DNA of 43,598 nt, taken from contig JAUGWO010000128.1 of assembly GCA_049724395.1 (NCBI GenBank), positions 372,001 to 415,598 of the forward strand, given 5' to 3'. Below the pieces are notes generated by a model, which was given only the letters and a program-made list of their open reading frames with translations, did no database searches and was not told the DNA's origin. The stretch comes from Spongospora subterranea f. sp. subterranea. Its lineage: Eukaryota. A program made the translations under genes and the position numbers. Below are positions 24,463 through 37,047 of this stretch, one piece after another; positions within the stretch are counted from its first letter, which is position 1, and each line of letters starts with the position of its first letter.

Positions 24463-27195
24463 TTAGAACCGATTATGAAGTCGGACATGTCTAGATTTTG
24501 CTGTCAAATAGTGTCCGACCAATGACTCCATATGTACTTTAATACTAGGCTGGCTTCCACTGATTATAAAGGGATGGCGCAACAATGACGATGCCTTTGG
24601 GCGGTTATCGGGAGTTTTTTGCAAACAACAGATCAGGAAATCCCTGAATTCGGCTGACCATCTTAAGGGGTTTTCCAAGCTTGGAGGCTCATTCTCGGCG
24701 ATAACTTTCATGGCCTCTTGGGGTTTCAGTTCATAATAAGGTGGATGACCTTCAGCTAGTTCCATGGCTGTTATGGCCAAGGACCATATATCAGCTGCCC
24801 AGCTAACTCGTGAACCTCGCCCGGCCGCCACTTCTGGCGACATCCAATATGGGGTACCAACAGGGCCGCTTATCATTGCTGCAGCAACAGATGGCAGAAG
24901 GCGTTTCGACACACCTTCAAAACACGATCAAGGTCAGATCATATACGTTGTCAAAATATCGGCGTAATCGCATACCGAAGTCAGTCAGGCATATTTGTCC
25001 TTGTCTTGACACGAGGATGTTCCTGCCCTTAACATCGCGATGGAACTATTCTGATACTGTGGAGATAGGCCAGGGCGGTTAAGGTCCCGTGGCAGATATA
25101 GGCGACCTCAGGCTCGCTCCATTGAATGTGCAAGGCTTTGGCCAATTGATGCACCGACCCGCCTTCGCAGAGATCCATCAGCACCCAGAGCTGATTGTTC
25201 TTGTCAAGCGTTGTCCCTAAAACACGATCGTCAAACACTCGGGAGAACCGCCGATTTCAAGTTAGGAGTACCGTAATAAGCGACAATATTGGGATGTCGA
25301 CACACCGTTAGAATGTCAATCTCCTTCCTGATCGCATCCGATGCCTTAATTGTACCAGTGCCTACGATTTTGGCTGCCATGGCAATACCAAGCTGATTGT
25401 GAAACACTTCATAAACGGCACCGAAAGCTCCTTCACCAATCTTGCGAACCGGCGTGAATAGATTCTCAACGTCATTACCGGACCAGACAAGCTCCTTATT
25501 GACGTGAATTTTGTGATGAACGTTGAACGGTAGTCCAACAGCAGATGTCGACGCAAGCCCCAATCTGTGAGCTGTGGACGCCGTTGTTGTGTGTTTGATC
25601 CATATTCTCGTTGACGATGCGGATTTGGACCACAGTTTCAGTTTCCTGTTGGTCCCTCTTTCTTCGATCACGAACCCTTTAGGGTCCCCTTGGATAGCGT
25701 CGACATGGACAATGGAAGGTAAAAGCATATACCCTGCTAGCTTATTATTGCTAAGGGTCATCCACAAGATCACACCAGGTAGGATTATGAAATTATGCCT
25801 AGCTGCTCTGAGGCCATGGGTTAATCTCCCTGACCAGATGATTTTCGTGTTGTTTGGAGCGGCCGTTAACCTGCCGTTGGTAAACAGCTGCATCTGATGG
25901 TTGATTTGCTCTAGTTTCTCTTGTCGCAGATGCCCTATCAGCGATTCCATGTTCGGATCATCTCTACAGATCATGCCAAGCGCGTCGACGATATCTTTGA
26001 GCTGATCATTTGGACTCAAACTGTGCAAATAGTCCACGAGGTCGCACAGCCGGAATATTGAAAATACCGGTTTTGACAAACGCTGTAGAAATGCAGAAGC
26101 AGAATCGACAGAACCAGAAATGATTGCAGAAGCGAACGTTGCTGGCGATGAACTGTATTTAGCAATGGTTTAGAGTTAGAAATCGAATAAATTATACAAC
26201 TAACGATGTTGGAGATGTTTGAGAAAGGCGATTCAGCTGTCCATAATAGGTTTGGACCTCAGCAAACCTGCTGGCGAAATCCCTGTAATTATTCCTGAGC
26301 TGCCCCGATGATAATAATGCTAGACCCAGAACGGTTTGGTGCCAGACTTTGGGGTCAGACAGCTGACTATCGTTGGCAACACCAGCGACCGATCGAACTA
26401 AAGCCTCGTGAGCGTTAGTTATGGTTGACAGCATTGACAGAATAGGTTTCCCCCTTTCCACAGCCCGAACGTCGCAGTTGGACAGCTTCTTCAGAATTCG
26501 CTCAAACGATTCTATCACATTTCGCCATTGCCGATGACAACTGCGTTCACATCGTATGATTTCCCAGGCGATGTCGATGATTTCCACTGCTCCGTCCTCA
26601 TAAGGTGGCGAATACAGCTGGTTAGGATATGGCTGCGTATTGGCTCGGCTGATTGTGCTCTTCGAGAGCATCGACTGGGATCGTGCCGATCTGTTCGGCT
26701 GATCGCTGGCTGGACTTAGCACAGAATGATTACTGATACTCAACAGTTCTAACGGATAATCACTAGATGGATCATCAAAGCTGTCCTTGGCAGCAGTTAC
26801 GTCGTTGATCACCAGTTTAGGCCTCGACTTAGACAGCCCCGTTTGTGAAACCATCGACGATGGCTCGCTAGTGGCGATGGACCTTATGACCTCATGCGAT
26901 GGCCGCCGTTGCATCGCTGCCGCGAGGACCCGTTGAGCAGCCAGCTCAGGACGGAATCGTTGATAGGACAGTATTCTATCGTTGACCTGAACTTGTGGCA
27001 CACGCTTGACTGACAAGACAGGCAGCATGGACTGCAAATATCTTTCCTCTGGTACCAGTTTTCAAAGAACGCACAGCGTTTATTTAGTCGGTAATCTTCA
27101 CCGATACAACCATGCTCCGTACAACAGAATCGTTTTGTCACAAACTGGTTGCCCTTATTGTTGGCTTCTGCAGAAGAGCTGTACACGTGAAACAT
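24463..27195 (-). CDS. STE20/PAK-like Ser/Thr kinase with upstream DH(RhoGEF)-like, PH and CRIB regions
   Basis: IGEGAFGAVY, AAKIV, KEIDIL, HRDVKG (after a +1 shift at ~25043), DFG, VGTPYWMSPEV, ADIWSLAIT. CRIB-like VGLPFNVHHKIHV and PH-like IIWSGRL..TRIWIK. The 5' end is uncertain. Confidence 0.87.
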
Positions 27196-27597
27196 GTTGG
27201 ACGCCCGGTCGGATGCAAATCAGCCGTTCAGTGATATTTGTCAAGATTTATGATGGTTTTCCTATCAAAAACAAGTTCACTCATCATATCGATAACAATC
27301 CACAAGTGGCAGACCAGTGGCAGGCGACACCAAAGTTTGAGCCAGTCGGAAATGTCAAGTGGGCCTAACTCATGGCCACTGGGAGCCAGTTGGCGAATGT
27401 GCACTTGTGCAGTCCGGCCAGACTGTCGGTCACCCAGCGGCATTTGGGGCATGTTATTGCGGTTAAAATGCGCGAGCGGTCATAGTTGCGCAGTTTCAAG
27501 GATCAGGTAATCCTGATTGTGGATTCGGCCGAACCCCCACTGTAGAGTTAGTATGGGAGGGTGATTGCACTCATCCTTCATTACTATATCATATCGG

Positions 27598-30567
27598 ATG
27601 GCACAAGAGGATAATCCACCAGGACCCCCTGGTGACACCACGTCGACGCTAGAGCTCATCAGGAAAGAGGTTGGCGATATCACTCCCGAATGGGCTGCAC
27701 ACATTGTCTTCTCATTAGAAGGCGTTGTCCCGGCATCTGTCTGGATTAAACAGCTGCATGAGAACGACCTGGACTGGGACAAGGTTCCCGCCATACAGAC
27801 AGCTTTGCGTCTTACATCGACGTCTAATTGGATGTCGCAGAATGATTTTATCAGGAAATTGTCAAATCCTGATCTGGAAATCGACGTTCCTCGGCAATGT
27901 CTTGAAAGGTTCATTTGCACCGAAGTCCTAAAACAACTAAGAGCAGGATCAGATGTTCATCTAAACAAATCAGCTGCAACGAGAGTCACTCGAAATCTAG
28001 CAGGACACCTTAGGTCACAAGCGTTCCAGCGTGTTGCTGCTGATTATACATGGGATCGAGTTGTGTTCGATACAATCCCTTTCATGGTCCAGTTTGCGCA
28101 AAAGGTTCTTGTGGAAGAGTTCGAGGAGATGCCGGTTTTCAATAACTTTCCGGGTCTGCTTCCCCGTGAGACGCTCTCGGTGATACCAGCAAACATGTCT
28201 CATCTGACGACTGGTAGTAATTCTGTCAAAATGTTTGCCTGGCATTTATACATGGAGATGGAGAGCAGCGAGAGGCTAACACAAGCGAGAGAATTGGCAA
28301 CTGAAATAATCATGAGGGACCAGTTTCCTTTGCACGCATGCTGCCGCTCTGGATGTGCTCTGCCATCGGATGTCGCAGCAGTCCTCATTGTCGAGCATAG
28401 ACAGACCGGTGACGCAGCCAGAAGTTTCGATCTTAAAGGCAATGCACCTTTGTACTATGCTGCTCAACGCAAGGAGTGCGATCGGGGCCGGCTAATTCGT
28501 GTCCTTTACAGTGCTGGTGCAAATCTCAATGCTCGCAATGAGCAAGGACTACCGGCGCTTGCAGTGGCATGTCGCGCAAGCGCCTCTATTCGGTCAGTTG
28601 AAGAACTCTTGGTTCTTGGTGCCAATCCTCTACTGTGCGATGCGCATGGGCTATCTCCTCTTCATTACGCTGTCCGATCTTGCCGAGCTGATATCGTTCA
28701 CCTACTAGACACTTATCACGTTGATGTCAACGCCGTTGACAATGATGGTTTTACCCCAGCTCATGTTGCTGCGTCTTCTGGTTCGGTTCCAATGCTAGAA
28801 CTCCTAGCATCCATGGGATCATCCCTTAGTGCGACAAGCAAAAATGGATCAACACCGTTACGAATTGCTTCGAAAAGACATCATTTAGACGCTGTTTCAT
28901 TTCTGTTTCAGATGCAAACATTATTGGCTGCTCGATTTCCATATGACCCGAGACTGTCGTCGCCGGAATGTTCAACGGAATGTTCAATGAGTAGCGAATG
29001 CTTATGTGAGCACATTTACGATGTCCTAAGTACCCAACTGCCTGAAATGCTGAACATCGAAAGCGTATCATTGTCGGGGTTGGGACTGGATCACGTTGTC
29101 CCAGAATTGGCTTGCCTCAAGCGGGCGACAAAGATTGATCTTCGTCATAATCCGTTGCGTACTTACTGGTGGTTGCCTTGGTGGTGGCTAACGTGCATAT
29201 CGCATCGCTTAGCGTTTTGGCTCTCGATTGTATTTGCTGTGTTATGGGCAGTTTTTGCTGCAGAAGGTATTTTCCTCCCCGGCAAAGTGTGGCTTGATAT
29301 GATCGAAGCTCCAGGCTTTCATTTTGGGCTTGGCCATTTCGCAATAGTACTGCTGATTCTCTCTAATTCGTTTCTCGTTTTTATTTCGGTTCATTATGGG
29401 TATTTCAAACCGTATGAGCAAATTGAGGCGGCATATCCTCGTCTGCTTCGCCTGGAGCCATTTCGTACCAACCAATTTGCGAATATTTTGACAATTGGCG
29501 TGTTATTGTTGGAGCTGATTCAGTTATCTGCCATCATGCATTCGATTGATGATTCGAGCGCTGTTGCAACCCTTCTCCGAGGATTCGTATTTGACTTCGG
29601 GAATGATCGTGACACGAACCGTGTTGCTGTGTCGATCTGCATTGGATTTGTATGTTATTGCAGGATATGGATAGAGATCAGAACCTGCAGTCCTCGTTTA
29701 TGGGCGCTAGACCGACTTCTATGTCACCTCTTGATCGCGACATTTGTTCCTGTAACTCGAGTACTTCTACGTTCTTTGGCTTGTCATGGTGCAACTTCCA
29801 CGAACGAGACGGACTCGTGTTATTCTACTCCGACTGATATCAGTCTGTTTATTGCATCCATAGGGGTTTTGTTTGTGCACATTCCTACTGTTATTTTGTC
29901 AGAACCTGTTTTTCAAGCTCGTGACGGTGATAGGCAACTGCGAATATCTCCAACCAGACGTATGTGCATCAGACTTTTGTTCTTTTTCTTGACATGCTTC
30001 GATGTACTCTTCAATAGGACTGACTCAGGACCTATTTATGATTATGTCTATCCTTGGATAATTCTCCCGCTCCCATTCGTCGTATCTTTCATCATCGGCA
30101 AACCCGTACTGTATCGCGATTCGCTGCAACTTCGGGTGTCAATTTTCTGGGCTGTTGTTGGCCAGTATGCAGTGACATTGTTAGTTACAAGGGAGGAATA
30201 CTCCCCTGGCTGGGCCCTGTTATCTTGGCCTGCAACAATGGTCATTTGTTCAGCTTTCATGCAATTATCAAGGTCAAGGTCATTCCCGAAAAGCATCGCT
30301 GAGAAGAGACTGCGGAAGAATTCCGAACAAAAGGAAGCTTTAACGCAATGTTTTAGGCTGCATCCAAGATTTTCGGATATTATGCTGGACTATGGCGCCG
30401 GAGTTCATTTTACTTCTCTAGAAAAAAAATATCAACTCAATCAATGGCTGAGATCGGGATGTTCTTCAAATGATTCAAGCCAGGTTTTAACTGTTCAGGA
30501 CTTGTACCAATCAGATACTGATGACACAGTTGCCGTCGAACCTTCCAACTCTGTAAACTTAATTTAA
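27598..30567 (+). CDS. Ankyrin-repeat / short LRR / polytopic membrane protein (~990 aa, apparently intronless)
   Basis: Five or six ankyrin repeats (GNAPLYYAA, GLPALAVAC, GLSPLHYAV, GFTPAHVAA, GSTPLRIAS), LRR-like IESVSLSGLGLDHV..LKRATKIDLRHNPL, then about 9-10 hydrophobic segments. The first ATG is at 27598. Confidence 0.85.
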   Translation: MAQEDNPPGPPGDTTSTLELIRKEVGDITPEWAAHIVFSLEGVVPASVWIKQLHENDLDWDKVPAIQTALRLTSTSNWMSQNDFIRKLSNPDLEIDVPRQCLERFICTEVLKQLRAGSDVHLNKSAATRVTRNLAGHLRSQAFQRVAADYTWDRVVFDTIPFMVQFAQKVLVEEFEEMPVFNNFPGLLPRETLSVIPANMSHLTTGSNSVKMFAWHLYMEMESSERLTQARELATEIIMRDQFPLHACCRSGCALPSDVAAVLIVEHRQTGDAARSFDLKGNAPLYYAAQRKECDRGRLIRVLYSAGANLNARNEQGLPALAVACRASASIRSVEELLVLGANPLLCDAHGLSPLHYAVRSCRADIVHLLDTYHVDVNAVDNDGFTPAHVAASSGSVPMLELLASMGSSLSATSKNGSTPLRIASKRHHLDAVSFLFQMQTLLAARFPYDPRLSSPECSTECSMSSECLCEHIYDVLSTQLPEMLNIESVSLSGLGLDHVVPELACLKRATKIDLRHNPLRTYWWLPWWWLTCISHRLAFWLSIVFAVLWAVFAAEGIFLPGKVWLDMIEAPGFHFGLGHFAIVLLILSNSFLVFISVHYGYFKPYEQIEAAYPRLLRLEPFRTNQFANILTIGVLLLELIQLSAIMHSIDDSSAVATLLRGFVFDFGNDRDTNRVAVSICIGFVCYCRIWIEIRTCSPRLWALDRLLCHLLIATFVPVTRVLLRSLACHGATSTNETDSCYSTPTDISLFIASIGVLFVHIPTVILSEPVFQARDGDRQLRISPTRRMCIRLLFFFLTCFDVLFNRTDSGPIYDYVYPWIILPLPFVVSFIIGKPVLYRDSLQLRVSIFWAVVGQYAVTLLVTREEYSPGWALLSWPATMVICSAFMQLSRSRSFPKSIAEKRLRKNSEQKEALTQCFRLHPRFSDIMLDYGAGVHFTSLEKKYQLNQWLRSGCSSNDSSQVLTVQDLYQSDTDDTVAVEPSNSVNLI

Positions 30568-31879
30568 CTACACTGGTTACCTTGATTGGTGTGTAAACCC
30601 TACAGTATACCGGTTACTGTAATTGGTCTTATTAACACTATATCGGAGAGTAGAAACAAATGGCTCCACCAATGTGGAACTAACACTAATACTAGGATGG
30701 CATCACTTGGTGTTAGAAAACCACACACTACAGTATTGGTAAGGTATTTTGAGGCGGCGAGAGAAGGCGATGATACATTGTGGGAACTCATTTGATGTCG
30801 CTGCACAGTGGAATATGTTTTTATTCATTGGCGTCGGGCACATCTACACAATATTCAGGCACTGGTTCGCCATCGAAATGATTACTGTGCATGGCGATGA
30901 TCTTCTGTAGTTCAACAGATAGCTGCCTAACATACCATTCCTCAAAAACATCTAGGAATAGACCACAGCGTATCATGGCTTTCTAGCGAAAAAAAATTGA
31001 CTATTATGGTCGGTTTTTGCGCGTTAACTTGACGAACTGCCTCAGCAGAAAGCTGAGCATGAATTAGTGTAATATCATTCACCATTCGTCGACACCCAAT
31101 CTAGTGTTAATAACACTATATTGAAACCCCTCCTACTCATTGCCACTTAAGCATTCGTCGCAAGGGCCCGGTATCGGTGGCCCGCTTAAGCGCCATCCAT
31201 TTTCAGGGCTAATTTATTCGCCAGATGAGGACACTAATATGGTAACCGGTTTAGTTGATGTGTGTGGGTTAGGTCTTTTGAAGGAAACTCCTTTTGATGT
31301 CGCAGCTTCGCTATTAACTCTTTTATATAGACCACTAGAATTGACTGGATCAAAAAGCTGGATTACAACGAGTATGCCAGTCTTTTGATCCAGTCTTTTC
31401 TGTCCATCAGTGGGACGTTCAAAAGACTGGATCAAATCATTCGATCAAATCAGAGGCCCGGCCAGCGAACTTGGGGCGTTTGTGGAAAGCGAAGCTTGCA
31501 GTGATTGTCCAGGTTTGCCGTCGTCAAATGGCATTCGGGAAAATCGCTTACACAAGTTCATTATCATTGGAGAAACGCTGCAGCAAGCTGGATATCTCGA
31601 CAGTTTTCATGTCGTTGTCAAAAACTTGATGCCAGGGTTGATATCGCAGTCGGCTTTTTCAAAAAAAGTTTGGAACAAGTCTTGAACATTTTTTCTTTGG
31701 CAGCGAATGTTGTATTTGCTTTTTCATCCGGTTTGACAACGGCAACAAAGCGGTCAATGTTATTCACCGTTTCTGTGGCAGAATCAACAATAGCGGTGCT
31801 AATTAGTTTCAAATAATCATTACCAGCGGTTCCCTCTTTCAGAGTGTAGAAGATTTCGCTTTCCAAGCGGGGATGCAAG

Positions 31880-32260
31880 AAGTGCTGGCCGATCTGCTCT
31901 ATGAATCCCAAAATGTCGTCAACCCATAGAAGAGCGCATGTATAGGGCAGATTGGCCAGCACTTCTTGCATGCACACCTGGAAAGCGAAAACTGCATCGG
32001 CTAGGCCTTGGAGAGCACGACGCGGCGTGTAGGCGGCCTCATGCGTCATGAATGAACAAAGCTTCCAAGATTTTCGGTGTATTGGAAACTGCCAATAACC
32101 TTTGAAGTCGTCCAGCATGTTAAAAAACTTTGCATTGCGAAAATATGATAAGATGACATCTGTATGAGGCATGGGCCAAACAAGACGTTCCGTACGTTTG
32201 CTGACCTGCTTCGTATCGATAGTCAGACGATAACGACGGCGCTCGATGTCTTTCTTCTCG
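31880..32260 (-). mobile_element. Ty3/Gypsy-type reverse transcriptase fragment
   Basis: RYRLTIDTKQVSKRTERLVWPMP..LDDFKGYWQFPI..SFMT..YTPRRALQG..AFQ..LLWVDDILGF. Truncated, with no RNase H, integrase or LTRs seen. Confidence 0.85.
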
Positions 32261-33783
32261 ACAACGTGGCAGTCAGTGCAGAACGGCTAGTCTTAAGACG
32301 TTGCACTGCTCCTCAAGAAATAAGGAGTCAAACGTTGCACGTCCATTGTTGACTGAGTCGTTATAAACATAAAACCCACTTAGAGGAGCGACATTTGTTC
32401 GAACAATGTCAAAGAAATGGCTGCCCCACTCCTTCGTGGAAATATATCGGGCCCACTAACTGCCAATCACGACTCGTTCACTGTCATGACTTCAGGGGAC
32501 AATCGGAGTTGCTCACTTTCCATATCCATGCCAATCTCGATAGATATCACTTTCTTCGATAACTTCAACCTTCGTGCTGCAGTAAATTACTTTCAGGTGG
32601 CAACAGGTGCAGCCCCTCGATATCCATTCGTCATCATCGATTCGGCAGATCGCGAAGGTTGTCACCTAGTTGCGCCACCATCAACGCCGAAATCTCCTGA
32701 AGACTGCAATATCAAATATAATCGCCAGTTCCCAATTAACCTATCAAGACAGGCAAACTCATTGTTGAATAACTATGTTCATGTCCAGCTTTACAGAACA
32801 GAATGCGTTGAAAAACAACTCATTAGGCGCAATTCGAACAGTTGACATGTTCACATGAAGATAGATACAGAAATCTGAGAGATCGTCCACTTGGAACAGT
32901 GCTTGTAAAACGGAGGCAGGATTACCATACTGGCCTGAATGGAAAAGTCTTCGGTCATGTACCACGAAGCCGACAACTTGACTGAGACCAGATTTGAGCA
33001 GTCCAGAAATATTCGCGTCTGGCAACGCCTCGGCGCTGATTTGACAATGATCAAGCATTTTGATGAAGGGTTCATAACAGTCAGGATACATCAAAGTATT
33101 CATCTGAGTGACATAGAGTTAAGAGTTAGAATCGCAGAAATTTAAACAACAGTCCACGTACAGGACGAGCCTTGAATCGAGCAGATGAACATTGAAACAG
33201 GGACGTGATAGTTGCACCATTGGCTATAACTTTGGTAAGTGGTAAGTCCTATCAATGTCACGACTGCCTTTAGGGCGATCTATCTTCGCTTTCGATATGA
33301 TATTGCGCCAACCAAGTCTTTGGATTTGTCAATCATCACAAAAAAATACTTTCATCATGCAGAGGAGCAACTTTCGCGATCGGAATGGTGAGCTCCTGCT
33401 TTTTGACACATTTGCAACCAAACTGATCTGATGAGAGACATCTTAGTTGATAATGCAAATCCAATGGAAACAGACTGCATTGAGGGGTTTTTGATCGACA
33501 CCAAGAATCAAATCATTTGCTAATCCCCACAAAAGTTGTTAAATTTTGAATCAAACTGACGCCCGTAGAGCTATGCCAAATACCTGCACATCATCATCTA
33601 TTTGCGCCATAGCGCAAAATTTCTCCAAGTGAAACCAAGAAAGAAGCTGTTTTACAAAAACAAATGCGATTTTCTCGTGTTTTTAGTCAAGTCCGCACGG
33701 ATTGCGTCACGGACAATCGAGGAGTATCCCCAGGAAACTGGACCTGACTTTATCGCCAAGTACTATTCAACGAAACGAAAATC

Positions 33784-36700
33784 ATGGATCCTGCTAATGA
33801 GGAGGTACAACTGTCGGCAATGACAATGGCTGTTGATGAAGCTATTAACAGCGATAGTTTTACCTGACCACACCAACTGCGATTTTATCGTATCTCCCGG
33901 TTCCGATCGCGGTTCTCAAGATAGCCATCCCATCAAATATCATCTTAATCGTATTGCTAATCTATTGGCGGCAAGTCCACCCCGCTCCCTTGATATCAAT
34001 GAGGGCGGTGAAGCCATTGGGCCTATACGGGCATCGAGATCGTGTGCGTTCACATTCGAGGCGCCCGAATCAGTTCAAGCGATCGGCAGTCTGTGCCATC
34101 GAACTGTTCCCATCACCCATCATCACGAGCTAGATATCGCCATCCAGCTCCCGTCGTCCATTCTACAGGCCAAAGACTATCTCGATCGTCGTTATTTCAT
34201 CAGGCGATCCCTGTTCCTCAATCACGTTCGTGATCTATTATCATCAGATTACGAATGCGATATGATCACATATCCCGACAATCCGCTATTTCCCACGATC
34301 AGATTATCGAACAAGGCCCCGATTGCCGAAGGGAAGTACTGGAAGGTGTCGGGTCGGCCATTCCACTGCATCAATATCGTCACCATGGTGGCGCCCAATG
34401 TCTTCATCCCTCGTCGTTTAGCACCGCAACGGAATGCTCTCCGGTTGCCCGATCCCGATATCGCCACGCCCTTGTATAATCAGGAGGTTCTGCACGAGAT
34501 GTACCGGAGTGAGCACATAAGATGGCTCAGGGAATGGCAATCGCTCTGCCCGAATCTGGTTTTGGCGACAAACCTGGTCAAGATATGGTCGCGACGAAGG
34601 TCGCTGAACGTGTCCGGATTTGTGTTCGAGATGATGTTGGCGTATCTTCATGAAATCGGTCGAATAATTTCAGCGATGAACCCATTTCAGATGTTTCGCG
34701 CTCTATTGATCTTCCTCAAGGAAGTCGACTTGGCCAAAGGCGTGTCGGTTGAGCCCCCCAGCGATGAGATGACGAATGAGGGCTTTGGGCTCTCGGCATT
34801 CAGTTCGGTATTCCCGGTCACCTTCGTCGCATCCTGCAATCGATGCAACATCCTCTATCGGATGAAGTTGGTGACCTATCGTCGGATTGTCCATGAAGCG
34901 ATACTGTCGCTCGCGCCAGAGAATACTTTCTCAAATTTGTTCATTGTTGATTGCTCTCCATCTCTTGCTTTTGACGCTCATATCAGTAAGCTGCTGTCAT
35001 TACTCACGATTTTTTAGCTTATCAACGTTAATTTTTTCAGGAATTCGTCTTCCAGAATCGTTGGTCACATCATTTGCTGCCGTCGCTGCTGATCGATCTT
35101 CTGTTCACGCGGCTGCAGATCATGTCCTATCGATAATAACACGATCGCTGTCGGACAGAATCTCCCTGATTGACGTCGTCGACGTTGACTTCACCAGCAA
35201 CGTTGTCCGATTTGGGATTATCTTCGATGCCGCTGAAGCGTCTCGTACAATGGATAAAGGCCCTTCTGCTGAGTTCAAATCAGAGGCGGCAATGTTCCGG
35301 CAGTTCTGGGGGCCAATTTGCACATTACGCCGGTTCAGGGATGGATCGATTTGTGAGGCAGTTGTGTGGCCTGATGAATCAGAACATCGACACCATTCTC
35401 AGGTTTCATCATCAACACCCTCTGCAAACCTGGTTTTTGATTTTGATTCAGGTTATTCATGATATTGTCGTGCACATTCTCAGTCTACATGTGAAGATAC
35501 CCCAAGAAGCGATCTCCATCATCGCATCGAAGGATGTCGACGTTGGTGGCGCGATCCCTCTGAACTCCTATCATTTGGAATCCCCGATCAGTACCTGTTC
35601 GCAAGCCTACGATAAGCTATGCAAGACGTTGAGAGGTTTATCGGATCTACCCATCTCCATTTTGAACATCTCCAGCTCCGACCCGTGCTTCCGATCATGC
35701 TCTGCATTCGATCCTGCGCCTTATAACGCCAACAGGCACGCTGAAAACGATCCTATGATCCACAACGACCTTATTCGCGTTGTGGTCCAATTCGAATCAT
35801 CAGCTAAATGGCCTGAAGATCTGACCGCCATCGCCAGAATCAAAACGGCGCTGTTTATTCGTATGGCAAGTTTGTTGCAAGAAGAAGGCATCGCATCGAC
35901 CGCGTTCTCATCGTACATCATCGTATGGTGTGAGAACATTGCTTTCAGGATAGACGTGTACCACCCCCGAGAGATTGCCATTCGTCGTGCTGAAGTCGGG
36001 TATCCGGGCGTCACCAAAACCATGGACGTCGAGGAGAACGCTCGTGAACTTGCATTAATGGAGCTCGACCTGATCCAGCGACCGATGATGGCGACAGAGC
36101 TGCGCAGTCTAACACAGCGGTTCCCGGTCATGGCGCCAGCGATTCGCTTGGCGAAACGGTGGGTCAATGCGCATCTGATGGGGAGTGAGTTCAGTCATGA
36201 GGCCATTGAGCTCATTGTCGCTCATGTATTCCTGCACCCTCTCCCGTTCACCTCGCCTGCATCAACTCTATCCGCATTCGTCCGGTTCTTGCATCTGATC
36301 AGTGTCCATGATTGGAAAAAGGTCCCGTTAGTCCTTGATCTCCATGGCGATCTGCAGGTCGAACAACTTGCTCAGATCCAGACGTTGTTCGCCAATCCAT
36401 CATCGAACGGAGTGATGCGCGTTGCCACATTCCGTGATTTATCATCAAACATGTGGAAGAGCCCATCTGACCAAGTTTTATCTCGTCTGGTCGTTATCGC
36501 CAAGTCATCCTTGTCTCACATTAAAGGTCTTATCGATTGCCCTTTACCTCCGAAACCATCGTCGTGGCGAACAGCGTTCCACACTCCAATTGCCAAATTC
36601 GACATATTCATCAGGTTGCAACCTAAATACGTCCCTCATCATGACCATTGCTTGCTCCCGAATAAGAAGGCGCCGCTTTCATCTCGTCGCAAATTCAAAG

Positions 36701-37047
36701 GTGCTGTTCCACCTAGCGATGTCGTACGACACAAGGTGCAATCATGTTCTGCCGGCGTGAATCCCGTTCAATTGTATCTGGACACTCTTCGATCGGCTTT
36801 CACCGGATTAGCGACTTTCTATTATGACAATATGGGGAGCGACGTCATCGTTGCCAAATTGAAGGTCGATCGCCATCAACGTAAACGCGTCCGATTGGGT
36901 AAAACGTGCATGAATTATATGTACCCAATTGATGTGAACCACGTCGCGATCAATCTAGAGGAAGTCTGTCACGACATCTCGAGGCTGGGTGAAGGGTTGG
37001 TCATGAACGTCTATACTGATGTCAATCAGTACAGAAGTGCTATATAA
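33784..37047 (+). CDS. NOL6: Nucleolar protein NOL6/UTP22 (Nrap)
   Basis: KDYLDRRYFIRRSLFL, TPLYNQ, FRQFWG..LRRFRDGSICEAVVW, FESSAKWPEDL.AI..IKTA, RLAKRW..AHL. Introns at ~34988-35040 and 35403-35451; +1 shift at ~33840. Confidence 0.93.

Noticed and set aside
32400..33700. ORFs 32417-32845 and 32759-33103 as genes
   Set aside because: No recognisable motifs; they lie in a decayed TE zone.
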